From Paraspadella gotoi (Eukaryota > Animalia > Chaetognatha): a DNA stretch of 64,000 nt. The stretch spans positions 17,276,606-17,340,605 of the forward strand of contig CM119267.1 in assembly GCA_051294375.1 (NCBI GenBank), read 5' to 3'. Under the pieces are notes generated by a model. That model was not told where the DNA came from, did no database searches, and was given only the letters and a program-made list of their open reading frames with translations. Both the position numbers and the translations under genes were made by a program. Shown in pieces: positions 1-16,399 of this stretch; position 1 is the first letter of the stretch; the number at the start of each line of letters is the position of its first letter.

Positions 1-310
1 GAAAGTTCAAAGGCCACGTTGATTCCACTTTGATAATTGGGAATCTACAATGAACCCACAATGATATCACTAACTTACCAATACCTAAGGAAGTGAGCGG
101 ATATTGAGGCAGAGCACAACTGACAAAAGAGCATCGCTAATTATATAAAGAAATCCTTAGATTCCGGTGAGGCATTAGTCATATTTTCGAAACATACATT
201 TTACATGACCATGAGAGGCTTTGATATTCTGTGCTGATATTTCGAGGTGACTCTGTCTTATCACTAATTGTGTATGACATTGGCCGGACTATTGGCCTTC
301 CGCATACTAC

Positions 311-420
311 TACGAAACGACGCCGCCCGAACACCCGGAAACCGACACGGCCTCATCGGCGGCGCCGTGGGTGGCGTTGGTGGCGGCGAGCGTCTGGGCG
401 GCGGCTATGGCGATTGGTAG
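311..420 (+). repeat. Degenerate partial copy of the 3' end of the Sushi-TM exon (2715-2830)
   Basis: gaaacgacgccgcccgaacacccggaaaccgacacgg...ggcggctatggcgattggtagagggagaatt(ag)n aligns with 2717-2840 with several indels and substitutions. Confidence 0.85.
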
Positions 421-429
421 AGGGAGAAT

Positions 430-467
<38 letters not shown>

Positions 468-874
468 AGAAGAGAGAGAGAAAGAGACAGACAAAAGGTC
501 ACTGGAATTCTATCGCCAATGACCAAAGACCTTTAGTTTAAAGGCTAAATGCGATGATGACGATGACGATGGAAACGAAGAGAAGTCAACGTTAATTATT
601 CTTGTTGCTTATAAGTTAATCCTGAAACGATGACCTCAAACCGTTACTTACATCTTTCTTTCATTCATTCATCATTCTCTTTCTTTTCTTTCTTTCTTTC
701 TTCTTTCTTTTCTTCTTTCTTTCTTTCTTTTTCTTTTTCTCTTTTCTTTCTTCTTTCTTTCTTTCTTTCTTTTTTCCTTTCTTTCTCTCTTCTCTCTCTT
801 TTTTTTCTTTCTTTAATAATTTATTCTTTTTATTCATTTTCTTGTCTTTCTTTCTTCTCTTTCTTTCTTTCTTT

Positions 875-910
<36 letters not shown>

Positions 911-955
911 TTTTCTTTTCATTCTTTCTTTCTTTTTTTTCCCTTTCAAATCCAG

Positions 956-1607
956 TCGAATCCGTCGCGCCTCCTAATCGGACGTCGGGCGTGAACATTC
1001 AGCGCCATCGACGCGCGCCGGATGGACGCCGCTCCAACCACGAGTGCGTTGAGGAGGATCTTTCCGGCGCCGTGGAACTGCTCGCCAGCACGCGGCCCGG
1101 AGGCCGCCGACAACCGATCGGGCTCCATCAGTCAAACTCCTTTGGTGATGGCCGTTTGTCTGCCAATTTAACGACGACGACGACAGGGCGCTTGTCAGGT
1201 GAGGCTGTTGTCGTTGTTGTAGTTATTTTTCTTGGTCGTGGATGTAACATTAACAAAAATGTAGCAACACGACAATAAAATGAAATTGTCAGATTTTGAT
1301 CTCTTTTAAAATAAAAAAATATTAAGTACGTTTATTGAATAGTTTTGTTCCCTCTTTCTCTCTCTCTCTCTCCTCCTCTCTCATCTTCCCGTCTCATGTC
1401 TCTCTCTCTCCTCTCCTTCCTCTTTCTCTCTCTCTCTCTCTCTCTCCCTCCCCCTTATTCCAGGTGGGGGGGCGTCTCTGTCGAAGGCCACAACAAGTAG
1501 TCGCAGGCGAAATCCGGAGTTGAAGAGGAAATGGACGAGCGGGTTGAGGAGGCCGGACGTGAGAGACGCCATCAGAACCGGGATGTCAGATTACCGGAAG
1601 ACGCTAG
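956..1607 (+). CDS. Probable upstream exons (about 956-1144 and 1463-1607) of the EGF-Sushi-TM gene; product unassigned
   Basis: GC-rich islands after pyrimidine tract + cag, the second ending at ag|gtaggt; one frame reads ...ELKRKWTSGLRRPDVRDAIRTGMSDY. Frame and linkage are uncertain. Confidence 0.35.
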
Positions 1608-2118
1608 GTAGGTGTGCCGACTGTGGGGTGTGCCGCTTGGGTCAGCGGTTGGATCTTTCCGACGAAGCACCGACCCCGAGAGGGGGGGAAGAAAGCGTTG
1701 GAATTATGAAGTGAATCGGATATTAAAGTCATGATATTTGTTCAACCAATATAAAAATTATTTATTAATTTAATTACCATCAATCTTATCCCTGACTTTA
1801 TTTGCGACTTCACGTCCACTGAGACGAACGTCGTTGATTCGCCCGTATCGGAACGGTACTCACGTGAGACCCAAGAGGCGTACGTATTCATCGAATATTT
1901 AAAAGTTTCACTTCTTAAGACAATCCCTATGAGACTCTTCAGAACAAAGTTTTTTCTCGGGAGAACAATTTTGAGGAGATTCGAAACGATAACTGAATTA
2001 TAATTGATTACTGTTAATATCGGAGATTGACTTTCCACCGCCGCTTATTTGTTGATATTTTGATCTTTATGCGATTCCATCGCAGGTTTTTAATATCATT
2101 TCTCGCGTTCTTTCGTAG

Positions 2119-2338
2119 CCTTCGACGATTGCTACTCGTTTCCATGCCAACACGGAAAATGCGTCGACAAATTCAACAAATTCGAGTGCTTCTGTCATCA
2201 AAACTGGACTGGGGATTTTTGTAATCAAAGTGAGTCTGTTGTAAGGGTAAAGGGGAATAGGGAAGTGAGAAAAACAATAAAGAAAGAATTATGGAAATAT
2301 TAATAAAAATTAAGGGAAAGAGAGAAAAAACACGATAA

Positions 2339-2426
<88 letters not shown>

Positions 2427-2836
2427 AAACGTATACATTAAAAATCAAAGAGAAAGATTTGAAATGTGATAAAAAGAATTTTTGATTATGAAAATTTTTC
2501 TCAAGATTGCCCTCCGCTCCGCTCGAGCCTTGAAAAAGACGCCGCGCACGCCTTCACCGGCGCCTGTTTGGATTCGTACGGCGTCGACGGCGCCATCTTG
2601 AAGAACTGTTGCCGAATCGGATTCGCGGAGAAGGAAAACGTGACCGACTCGATCACGTGTTTCGACGGCGCGTGGAGGTTCGAGGATCGTCTCGAGTGTT
2701 TCGTGGAAACTGTCGAAGAAACGACGCCGACCGAAGACCCGGAAACCGACGCGGCGTCATCAGGCGGCGCCGTGGGTGGCGTTGTGGCGGCGAGCGTCTG
2801 GGCGGCGGCTATGGCGATTGGTAGAGGGAGAATTTT

Positions 2837-2920
<84 letters not shown>

Positions 2921-2921
2921 G
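2119..2921 (+). CDS. Type I membrane protein, 3' part: EGF-like domain exon (2119-2229) + Sushi/CCP-stalk-TM exon (2506-2820, or read-through to stop at 2921)
   Basis: Exon 2119-2229 (cgtag| ... |gtgagt, phase 1-1) encodes DDCYSFPCQHGKCVDKFNKFECFCHQNWTGDFCNQ, a 6-Cys EGF pattern. Next exon encodes CPPL...CCRIGF...ITCFDGAW...EC (CCP-like), a T/E/P stalk, and hydrophobic AVGGVVAASVWAAAMAI. Confidence 0.8.
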
Positions 2922-3968
2922 AAGATAAAAAGAAAAAAATGATAGAACGAAAAATGTTTCGAGGCGTCGATTCGAGCGTAATTATTGTTTATCGTTGAAA
3001 TAAAATTTTTTAGAGCAGAAGGGACGGTGTTACTATATTATTACTTATATGAAAATTTTCAAATTACTTGTTTCACTATTTTTATTTTATTTTTATATTT
3101 TTATGAAAAAGATTTACCATTTAATCTATTATCTTTTTTAATATATATATATTGCTTTCTTAAAATTTTTTTACTTATCATTATATCTAATAACTCATTT
3201 TGGAATGGGAAGTCAGTGTTGTCTTCGGAAATAGAGGAGCATCTACACAACACAAGGTTAGATTACAATCTGTCCTAGTTTTCATAATAGATATCACACA
3301 TCATCCTGTTAGAAAGTCATTAATGAAAAATCATAATATCTAATAGGCCGAACAGGAAATGGGTGGGAATGGATAATTTTTTGATGGGGACCAAAGTTAT
3401 ATATGATTTTTAAAAAAAACTAATAGGGATAAGACTACAAAAAAGTAGAATTTGTATGTTCTGATAGGGATACATACTGGGGAAAGGCTCTTATAGGGCA
3501 CCTTTATTGTCATGAATATAATTTTAAAATACTTTAATGAAAATAAATTTTCTTTATCCTTTTATTAATTCTATCTATATTGACTATATGTTTATACAAT
3601 GGAAGGTCATCTGTGGGAACCTATACCCTTCATGGATTTCGGCTCTTTAATCCCAATATCCAGGTATAGGCGAGCCATCACCAAATGGTGATCCTTCATT
3701 GTTGCTTATCCTATCTTTTAAAGATATATTTTAATGTTTATCTTACACAGACCAAAGCCCTGGTATCACATTTTTATTTATTTGTATTTTTCTCTGTCAT
3801 CTTACGAACTAGTGGTGTTATGATTCCTTTTTTCTTCTTTAAATTGAACGGTTATCACTAACAAAAACTTTTATTTACATTTAGTTTAGTTAAGGCTATA
3901 AAATTTATGAACAGTCAAAGCATGAATTAAACAAATAACGTCAATTTCGTATAGAATCTAAGAATGCC

Positions 3969-5276
3969 TTATCCTACGACTTCAGGTTTGCCAGGAATCT
4001 CCGAAGTATTGTTGACCCGAAGCCATTGATTATTAAGGTAGTATTGAGGCTTCGGCGACGTCTCCCGTTCACGGTGAAGCACGGGTATTAGCTGCACATT
4101 GGATTGAGGCGCGGGGGTTTTTCGTGCGCAGGTGGACGGTTTTAACTGCTTTCTCGTTAACAATTCAATACGTAAATTTCAATAAAATGTCTCACCAGTT
4201 TGAAAAAAATAAAAGCCGACCGATTCCTTGACAAAATCGTCTCTTGAACCGACTTCAAACAGTTGAAAAAACTTGTTCGTCGCAATCGCATCGAGTAATC
4301 GTCCATGGACTGCTAGATTACAATGGCAACGACTTAATTAAACATTTCTCCTATACAATTATATCATTTTATATTTTTCTTCGAACCGAAGGATGTTCCT
4401 AAAGTGATGCTTCAACTCCAGGGTCCCGATGCTGTCCGGGCAATGATCGTGTTCTCGACAGCATTTATCAATTTGAAGTGTTCACCAAATCGTCGTAATT
4501 CTTGGAGATATTGCCCCTTGCCGCACCATTTCGTTTCCCGAGCATAATTCCTCTCTTTGCGAAAGTTAAAAAAAAAGGGAAAAATCGATCGTGCATGGTT
4601 CCTCAAGTTTCGAGTTTAGGTTTCCCAATTTGCCATTTAGCCAAATATATGGTTAGTTTTATTTTCCTGTCTATCAATTTTAACTCATGATAAAATAAAT
4701 GCTTTCTTTGCAATCCACCCGATTTCTACAGGAGACACTCATTCTCCCGCTAATCTTGACGCTTTAACCATATCTTAGTTAACTGTATCGTGAATCTCAC
4801 AGCCAATCAAATCCTCCCGCCTCTCGCCACGTGGCCTCTCGCCCTGCCATCTTTTTCCAAGCGGCACCTCGCCCGGGTCCGTCCGTTCTCTCCCCATCAT
4901 CCTTTTTCTCTCTTTGCACAACAAATCCCACCCTTCCATCAAATTCCCTCTTATGTCGTGTACGAATCTGTACGTCCGGACTTTCCTTGACACGATGAAT
5001 CTTTGTTCCGCGTCGTCGGACACCGACAGTCGCCCATTTCGAACTCCTTCGCGGACGAAGGTGACGAGCGTCCCTCCGTCGGTGATGCGGACGAGCTTCC
5101 TTGATAATGTTGCTGCCGTAGATTCAGACGCTTCAAACCTTCTCCGATTGGCGGCGGGCCCCTCGGCGCCAACCTCGAGTCGGTGCAGCCTTCGGTGACG
5201 AGCATAAAAATTGTTTTGGCTCTGGCTCCGATAAGACGACGGTGAACGGGAAACGAATAATAGGACAGAGTAACAT
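3969..5276 (-). CDS. Group III secretory phospholipase A2, copy A (frameshifted by indels)
   Basis: Same exon structure as copy B; TKWCG, DKCCREHDHCPDSI and RCDCD motifs are recoverable across indels; last exon ends ...PGKPEVVG* at 3969. Confidence 0.75.
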
Positions 5277-5580
5277 ATTTTTTTACCTCTAATCGTAAAA
5301 GCGAATGCCAACGGAAAGAGGCGAATGCAATTGGAGCTACGCCAAAACATGTCTAGATTTCATTGATTCGCAGATAGTAAAGCTTTTCAGAAGTTTGAAA
5401 AAAAAAAAATTACAACCAAGCCGCTCTTTATAAACAAAAGCTGTTTAATTCGAACATGGCCACCAATATTTATTCAAAAAAGCAACAGAAACGTAAGTAT
5501 GGATGGAAATCGCACAATACAATCGATTTTCGTTGTAAAAAAATATAGAATAAGAATTGTAAACTTTTAGTTATTATTTG

Positions 5581-7366
<1,786 letters not shown>

Positions 7367-7629
7367 TTCCACGGTCGGAAGTGTTGCTGCCGGTTGCTTG
7401 GTTTGTTTTAAAATTTCATTCGAGAAGCTGAGGCTAACTTTGTTCCGTAGGGCTTGCGTCATGTTGTTTTGTGACTTCGAGACGAAAGACTTTTACCTGC
7501 TTTGAGAGGATCGAGTTCTTGAAATAAAAAAAAAACTTGTTTTTCGCCTCTCAAACTGATTGAAAAATTCCGCATCGAATTTCGAAAGAAAAGAATTGTT
7601 AATGAATGAAACAAAGTCGTCTTTCGTAA

Positions 7630-7800
7630 TTTTTAGTCGGAACGCTATCAGCAGACCCGACTCTATAATCCATTTTGTCGGTCGTTCAATCCCCCTCAAT
7701 ATTGTCGGCGCATTTCCACTTATATCATGTCAGAACATCGAATATGAGTAAATTATACAAAAAAAAGTTAGAGCAAACAAATGTCGGATATGCCACATCA
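7630..7800 (+). mobile_element. DINE-1/HINE-like interspersed repeat (also 13770-13940)
   Basis: tttttagtcgg...gcagacccgactctataatccattttgtcggtcg head, shared with 14800-14500 (-) and 50762-50835. Confidence 0.55.
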
Positions 7801-10159
7801 TTTAGCGGTAATTAATTAATTAATTAATTAATACACCACTATATAAAATAAAATAATAATTTAATAATAAATTAATTAATAAATTAATTATTTTGATCCA
7901 AAATGTTTGTTTTTAGGTCTTTTTCGTCACTGATCATGACAAAAGCCGACGACGACGATGGATGCGATAACGACAAAATGCCGATAAACGGATTGCCGAA
8001 TTTATGAATAATTAATTAGATACTTAATTTAATTATAAAAAATAAATTTGATTTGAATAATTAATTAATAGATAATAAATAAATTCAGTTTGATTGAAAA
8101 TTAATGACCAATTAATTATTTATTTATTAATTAATTAATTAACTGATAAATTTATTTGATTAATTAATACATCTTGCATTTACATTTAATATAAAAAGAA
8201 AAATAAGCTTAATCAATTAGTTGAAACAGGTTTTTTTTTTTTCCATTTAAACTCATTTTTCACTCAGACTATTCCATCGACTTATTTCCAGCTTAATCAC
8301 CCACTTTCCTACCCACATACAAAAATTTTCAAAGTCAATCGCCCTAATCCACTCATGAGCAATGGTGTTTCAAAATTGGAAAATGTATTTTTTTGGTTGT
8401 AACCATTACTATTAATCGTCATTCTCTCCTTATCTCTGCTAACCTCATCTTGCGTAATTTCGAAACTATTTAATTCTTTTCATGATACTTTACATGATTG
8501 CATACAACTTCTCCGATGCTCGATGCTCCTTTTTTAATCGTTAACTTCCACATATCACAGGACAGAGATTCCGTCTAATTCATCCTCATCCGATAATCAC
8601 GAGAATTTGGAGTGGTCTCGTTTTTCGTGCTAAGGTGGGTCGTCGTCGTCGTTTCGTCGTTCTTCGTCGTACGTTCCCACCCGTGTCGACCCGGTTTAAA
8701 TTTTGATTTTCTGCCTCGATGATGAGTTCGATTGGCACCCAGTTTGCTTGATGCCCGCAATTATTTCACCCAGCGGTGTGTTGGGGTAGAGCGCCGAGGA
8801 GAGAGAGACACGAAGGAGAAGAGAGAGAGAGGAGAGAGAGAGAATGAGAGAGAGAGATGTCTATGAAAATTGTGTTATACAACAAGCGCAATAATAAAAA
8901 TCTATCCACGATTCATTTAATAAATTAAGCTAACTGTGTGAACACACCACTGAACATCTTGTAGATTTATGTCTCTTTGTTAGTGATGGAGTTTTTAAGT
9001 ATTTTCCTCACATCTAAACTCTTCGATACATATTCGAATTAGATCGTGAATACGNNNNNNNNNNNNNNNNNNNNNNNNNAGAGAGAGAGAGAGAGAGAGA
9101 GGTAGAAAGATAAAAAGAAAAAAATGATAGAACGAAAAATGTTCGAGGCGTCGATTCGAGCGTAATTATTGTTTATCGTTGAAAATAAAATTTTTAGAGC
9201 AGAAGGAGACGGGTTTACTATATTATTACTTATATGAAAATTTTCAAATTACTTGTTTCACTATTTTTATTTTATTTTTATATTTTATGAAAGATTTACC
9301 ATTTAATCTATATCTTTTTTAATATATATATATTGCTTTTCTTAAAATATTTTTTACTTATCATTATATCTAATAACTCATTTTGGAATGGGAAGTCAGT
9401 GTTGTCTTCTGGAAATAGAGGAGCATCTACACAACACAAGGTTAGATTACAATCTGTCCTAGTTTTCTAATAGATATCACACATCATTCCTGTTAGAAAG
9501 TCATTAATGAAAAATCATAATATCTAATAGGCCTGAACAGAAAGGGGTGGGAATGGATAATTTTTTGATGGGGACCAAAGTTATATATGATTTTTAAAAA
9601 AAACTAATAGGGATAAGACTACAAAAGTAGAATTGTATGTTCTGATAGGGATACATACTGGGGAAAGTCTATAGGGCACCTTTATGTCATGAATATAATT
9701 TTAAAATACTTTAATGAAAATAAATTTTTCCTTTATCCTATTTTATTATTCTATTTCTGAATATTGTTTATCTATTATGTTTATACAATGGAAGGTCATC
9801 AGTGGGAACCTATACCCTTCATGGATTTCGGCTCTTTAATCCCAATATCCAGGTATAGGCGAGCCATCACCAAATGGTGATCCTTCATTGTTGCTTATCC
9901 TATCTTTTAAAGATATATTTTTAATGTTTATCTTACACAGACCAAAGCCCTGGTATCATATTTTTATTTATTTGTATTTTTCTCTGTCATCTTACGAACT
10001 AGTGGTGTTATGATTCCTTTTTTTCTTCTTTAAATTGAAACGGTATCACTAACAAAAACTTTTTATTTACATTTAGTTTTAGTTAAGGCTATAAAATTTA
10101 TGAACAGTCAAAGCATGAATTAAAAAATAACGTCATTTCGTATAGAATCTAAGAATGCC

Positions 10160-11462
10160 TTATCCTACGACTTCAGGTTTGCCAGGAATCTCCGAAGTAT
10201 TGTTGACCCGAAGCCATTGATTATTAAGGTAGTATTGAGGCTCGGCGACGTCTCCCGTTTCCACGGTGAAGCACGGGGTATTGAGCTGCACATTGGATGA
10301 GGCGCGGGGGTTTTCGTGCGAGGTGGACGGTTTAACTGCTTTCTCGTTAACAATTCAATACGTAAATTTCAATAAAATGTCTCACCAGTTGAAAAAATAA
10401 GAAGCCGACCGATTCCTTGACAAAATCGTCTCCTTGAACCGACTTCAAACAGTTGAAAAACTTGTCGTCGCAATCGCATCGAGTAATCGTCCATGGACTG
10501 TAGATTACAATGGCAACGACTTAATTAAACATTTCTCGTTACAATTATTATCATTTATATTTATTCTTCGACCGAAGGATGTTCCTAAAGTGATGCTTCA
10601 ACTCCAGGGTCCCGATGCTGTCCGGGCAATGATCGTGTTCTCGACAGCATTTATCAACTTTGAAGTGTTCACCCAAATCGTCGTAATTCTTGGAGATATT
10701 GCCCCTGCCGCACCATTTCGTTCCCGGCATAATTCCTCTCTTGGAAAGTTAAAAAAAAAGGGAAAAATCGATCGTGCATGGTTCCTCAAGTATTCGAGTT
10801 TAGGTTTCCCAATTTGCCATTTAGCCAAATATATGGTAGTTTTATTTTCCTGTCAATCAATTTAACTCATGATAAAATAAATGCTTTCTTTGCAATCCAC
10901 CCGATTTCTACAGGGAGACACTCATTCTCCCGTAATCTTGACGCTTTAACCATATCTTAGTTAACTGTATCGTGAATCTCACCAGCCAATCAAATCCTCC
11001 CGCCTCTCGCCACGTGGCCTCTCGCCCTGCCATCTTTTTCCAAGCGGCACCTCGCCCGGGGTCCGTCCGTTCTCTCCCCATCATCCTTTTTCTCTCTTTG
11101 CACAACAAATCCCACCCTTCCATCAAATTCCCTCTATGGTCGTGTACGATCTGTACGTCCGGACTTTCCTTGACACGATGAATTTGTTCCGCGTCGTCGG
11201 ACACCCGACAGTCGCCCATTCGAACTCCTTCGCGGACGAAAGTGACGAGCGTCCCTCCGTCGGTGATGCGGACGAGCTTTTCCCGTTGATAATGTTGCTG
11301 CCGTAGATTCAGACGCTTCAAACCTTCTCCGATGGCGGCCGGGCCCCTCGGCGCCAACCTCGAGTCGAGTGAGCCTTCGGTGACGAGCATAAAAATTTGT
11401 TTTGGCTCTGGCTCCGATAAGACGACGGTGAACGGGAAAACGAATAATAGACAGAGTAACAT
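10160..11462 (-). CDS. Group III (bee-venom-type) secretory phospholipase A2, copy B; 4 exons: 11462-10983, 10739-~10573, 10497-~10387, ~10334-10160
   Basis: Signal peptide MLLCLLFVFPFTVVLS; spliced GGFDWL|RGIMPGTKWCGRGNISKNYDDLGEHFKVDKCCREHDHCPDSIGTLELKHHFRNILR|PWTITRCDCDDKFFNCLKSV. This contains the Ca-loop WCGxG, the catalytic His-Asp in CCxxHDxC, and CxCDxxFxxCL. GT-AG junctions are in phase. Confidence 0.88.
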
Positions 11463-11762
11463 ATTTTTTTACTCTAATCGTAAAAGCGGAATGCCAACGG
11501 AAAGAGGCGAATGCAATTGGAGCTACGCCAAACATGTCTAGATTTGCATTGATTCGAGATAGTAAAGCTTTTCAGAAGTTTGAAAAAAAAAAAATTACAA
11601 CCAGCCGCTCTTTATAACAAAAGCTGTTTAATTCGAAATGGCCACCAATATTTATTCAAAAAAGCAACAGAAACGTAAGTATGGATGGAAATCGCACAAT
11701 ACAATCGATTTTCGTGTAAAAAAATATAGAATAAGAATTGTAAACTTTTAGTTATTATTTTG

Positions 11763-13530
<1,768 letters not shown>

Positions 13531-14499
13531 TTCCACGGTTCGGAAGGTCTGCTCCGGTTTGCTTGGTTTTTTAAAAAATTCATTCGAGAAGCTGAAGCTG
13601 AACTTTGTTCCGTCGGGTTGCGTCATTTGTTTGTGACTTCGAGACGAATGACTTTTACCTGCTTTGGGAGGATCGAGTCTTGAAATAAAAAAAAACTTGT
13701 TTTCGCCTCTCAAACTGATTGTAAAATTCCGCTATCGAATTCGAAAGAAATGAAACAAAGTCGTCTTTCGTAATTTTTAGTTATCAGCAGATCCCGACTC
13801 TATAATCCACTTGTCGGTCCGTCAATCCCCCTCAATATTGTCGGGCATTCACTTATATTCATTCAGAACATCGAATTATGATAAATTATACAAAAAAAAG
13901 TTAGAGCAAACAATGTCGGTTATGCCCACGATCATTAGCGGTAATTAATTAATTAATACATAATATATAAACTAAAATAATAATTTAAATTAATTATTTT
14001 GATCCAAAATGTTTGTTTTTAGGTCTTTTCATCACTGATCATGACAAAAGCGACGACGACGATGATGGCGATAACGACAATAATGCCGATAACGATTGAC
14101 CTGATTGACTGAATAATTGATTAGATAATTAATTGATTTATAAATAAATAAATTGATTGAATAATTAATTAATAGTTAACTAAATAAATTGTTTGATTGA
14201 ATAATTAATTGACCAATTAATTATTTATTTATTAATTAATTGATTAATTAACTGATCAATTATTTGATTAATTAATACATCTTGCATTTACATTTAATAT
14301 AAAAAAAAGAAGCATAATCAATTAGTGAAACAGGTTTTTTGTTTTTTCCATTTAAACTCATTTCCACTCAGATGATTCCATCAAAACTTGATTTCCAGCT
14401 TAATCACCCACTTTCCTACCCACATACAAAATTTTAAGTCAATCGCCCTATCCACTCATGAGCAATTGGTGTTCAAATAGTGAAATGTATTTTTTTAGT

Positions 14500-14910
14500 T
14501 TTTCCATTTAAACTCATTTCCACTTGCATGATTCTATCGAAACTTTATTTCTAACTCAATCATACACTTCCCTACCCACACACAAAATCCATCCATCCAA
14601 CCAATCACGAGTAATTGGAGTTTTTTGCTAAGGTGGGATGAACGGACAGACAGACGGACATTGTTTTTTTTGCATAATTTATCATAATTCGATATTCTAA
14701 CATGATATATGTGAATGCCCAACAAGATTGAGGGAGTAGACTGACGGACCGACAAAGTGAATTATAGAGTCGAGATCTGCTTTCAGCAGATCCGACTAAA
14801 AATGATGTCCGTCCGTCCCACCTTAGCAAAAAACACCAATTACTCGTGATTGGATGGATGGATTGGAATGAAATTTTCTGTGTGGGTAGGGAAGTGTGCT
14901 ATTGAGCTGT
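14500..14910. mobile_element. Two divergently oriented DINE-1/HINE-like elements around one palindrome (14768-14796)
   Basis: Hairpin agtcg(a)gatctgc-tttca-gcagatccgact; GTCY microsatellite (ggacagacagacggaca / gtccgtccgtcc); arms 14545-14660 and 14805-14910 are inverted copies. Confidence 0.6.
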
Positions 14911-15533
14911 TATTCATTGTAAAATGTAAGGACAACTTCTCCTACTCTACTAATAGCCATAAAATAAAATATCTTTCCACCCGGTTTTAACTCATCTAAC
15001 CTTATTTTTATGTCAACAATTGTTTCATTCTCCTATGATGTATATTATTATTTTAAAACGCCTATAATTGCTTCAATGGGCAATAGCCAGACATCCAGAC
15101 AACTTCCTATATAATCCTAAGGCCATTTATCCTATAAATGGAAAAGTTATTCAGACTTACGACATTCTAGTTTACGGTACTGTATCTAAAATAAAAATTT
15201 AATTCTAAATTTATCCAATTCTGATTACTAAATCGGCAACGAACGGAATACGCGAGAGAAAAAAAGTTTTAATCACTGAAAAATCCGATGCTGTTTTGTT
15301 TTCACGAGTTTGTTCTTACTAATTCGAACTCCCTCTGATGTAGTAAAAGTTGAGATCAAGCAACAAAAAAACTTTTAATTCACGGCCGAAGAACTTGGTA
15401 ATTTTTGTACATCGGTAACTGGGTATTAGTGTACCCAGTGGGTAATGTCTCATTACGAACTTTATGTAAATATATGAAACCAAGAGAAGAATATAGAAAA
15501 AAGATGAAGTCAATTAATTTTGATAAACAAGCT

Positions 15534-16340
15534 TTATTCTTCATCGTCCGGCTTCGACGTAGAGTTACGTCCTTCGACGACGGTGCTGTTCTCCTCTTTC
15601 CCAAGTCCCTCGTCGCCTTCATCCTCGATCTCTCTCACGAACTCCTCGAAACTCGTCGTCATCTCTTCAACACCGCCTTCTTCCTCCTCGTCGCCGGTGG
15701 CGCCGGTGCCAAAAAAACCGCCGACAGATCGCGCCCACTCCCGCAATTGCCCGGCGAGACCGGCGCCGATGCCGAAGGCGCCATCGTCGTCGTCTTCGTC
15801 GTCATCGTCCACTCGAAACGACATCACCTCGAATCCGCCGTCTTCATTCTCCTCTTCTTCCTCCTCCTCTTTCTTCCCCCTCCTCCTCATCGCCATCATA
15901 GTCTCCGACGGCAGACGGATCTCCTCGCCTTCCGCCCAAAATGGCCGCCGACCTTCGGCGTCCAGACAGTTCAAGCAGACGCCGGCGCACCTTCCGTCCG
16001 CCGGCCACCACCATCCGCTCGTAGAGACGGCGCCGGCGTTGCCCAGCCAACGACGAAAGTGGTAGCACGAGGGCGTCGTGGAGGTAGCGTTGACGGCGTC
16101 GCTTTTGACGCCGTAGGAGGCGCCGCGGATGGTTTCGAGGGGATCGTCGGCGTCGTCTTCGTCGCTCTTCATCCCCTGAGAATCGATCTTCTTTCCGACG
16201 ACGAGTTTGAAGCCGCGAGATTCCGGCAGCACTTTGAATCCTCGCCAGAGGCTCCAACCCCAACTTCCTTTAGCCGGGTCGTTGATCAAGATGCTCTTGG
16301 ATTCGCCGGAAGGGCTGAGATATGAAAGATTCTGGCTTGA

Positions 16341-16399
<59 letters not shown>

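Noticed and set aside
630-977. Many ORFs rich in SLSL, RERE, FLSF or KKER (also 23-33 kb, 52 kb, 55-56 kb, 61 kb)
   Set aside because: They are translations of CT/AG/CTTT microsatellites, which lack stop codons.
8400-9054. Unique-looking sequence before the first gap
   Set aside because: It degrades progressively from the duplicated repeat and has no coherent frame; likely a low-quality contig end.
15405-16325. 306-aa plus-strand ORF, and similar antisense ORFs such as 10434-10865 and those inside the HMG and Hsp90 genes
   Set aside because: Shadow frames of GC-rich exons; the opposite strand carries the recognisable motifs and splice sites.
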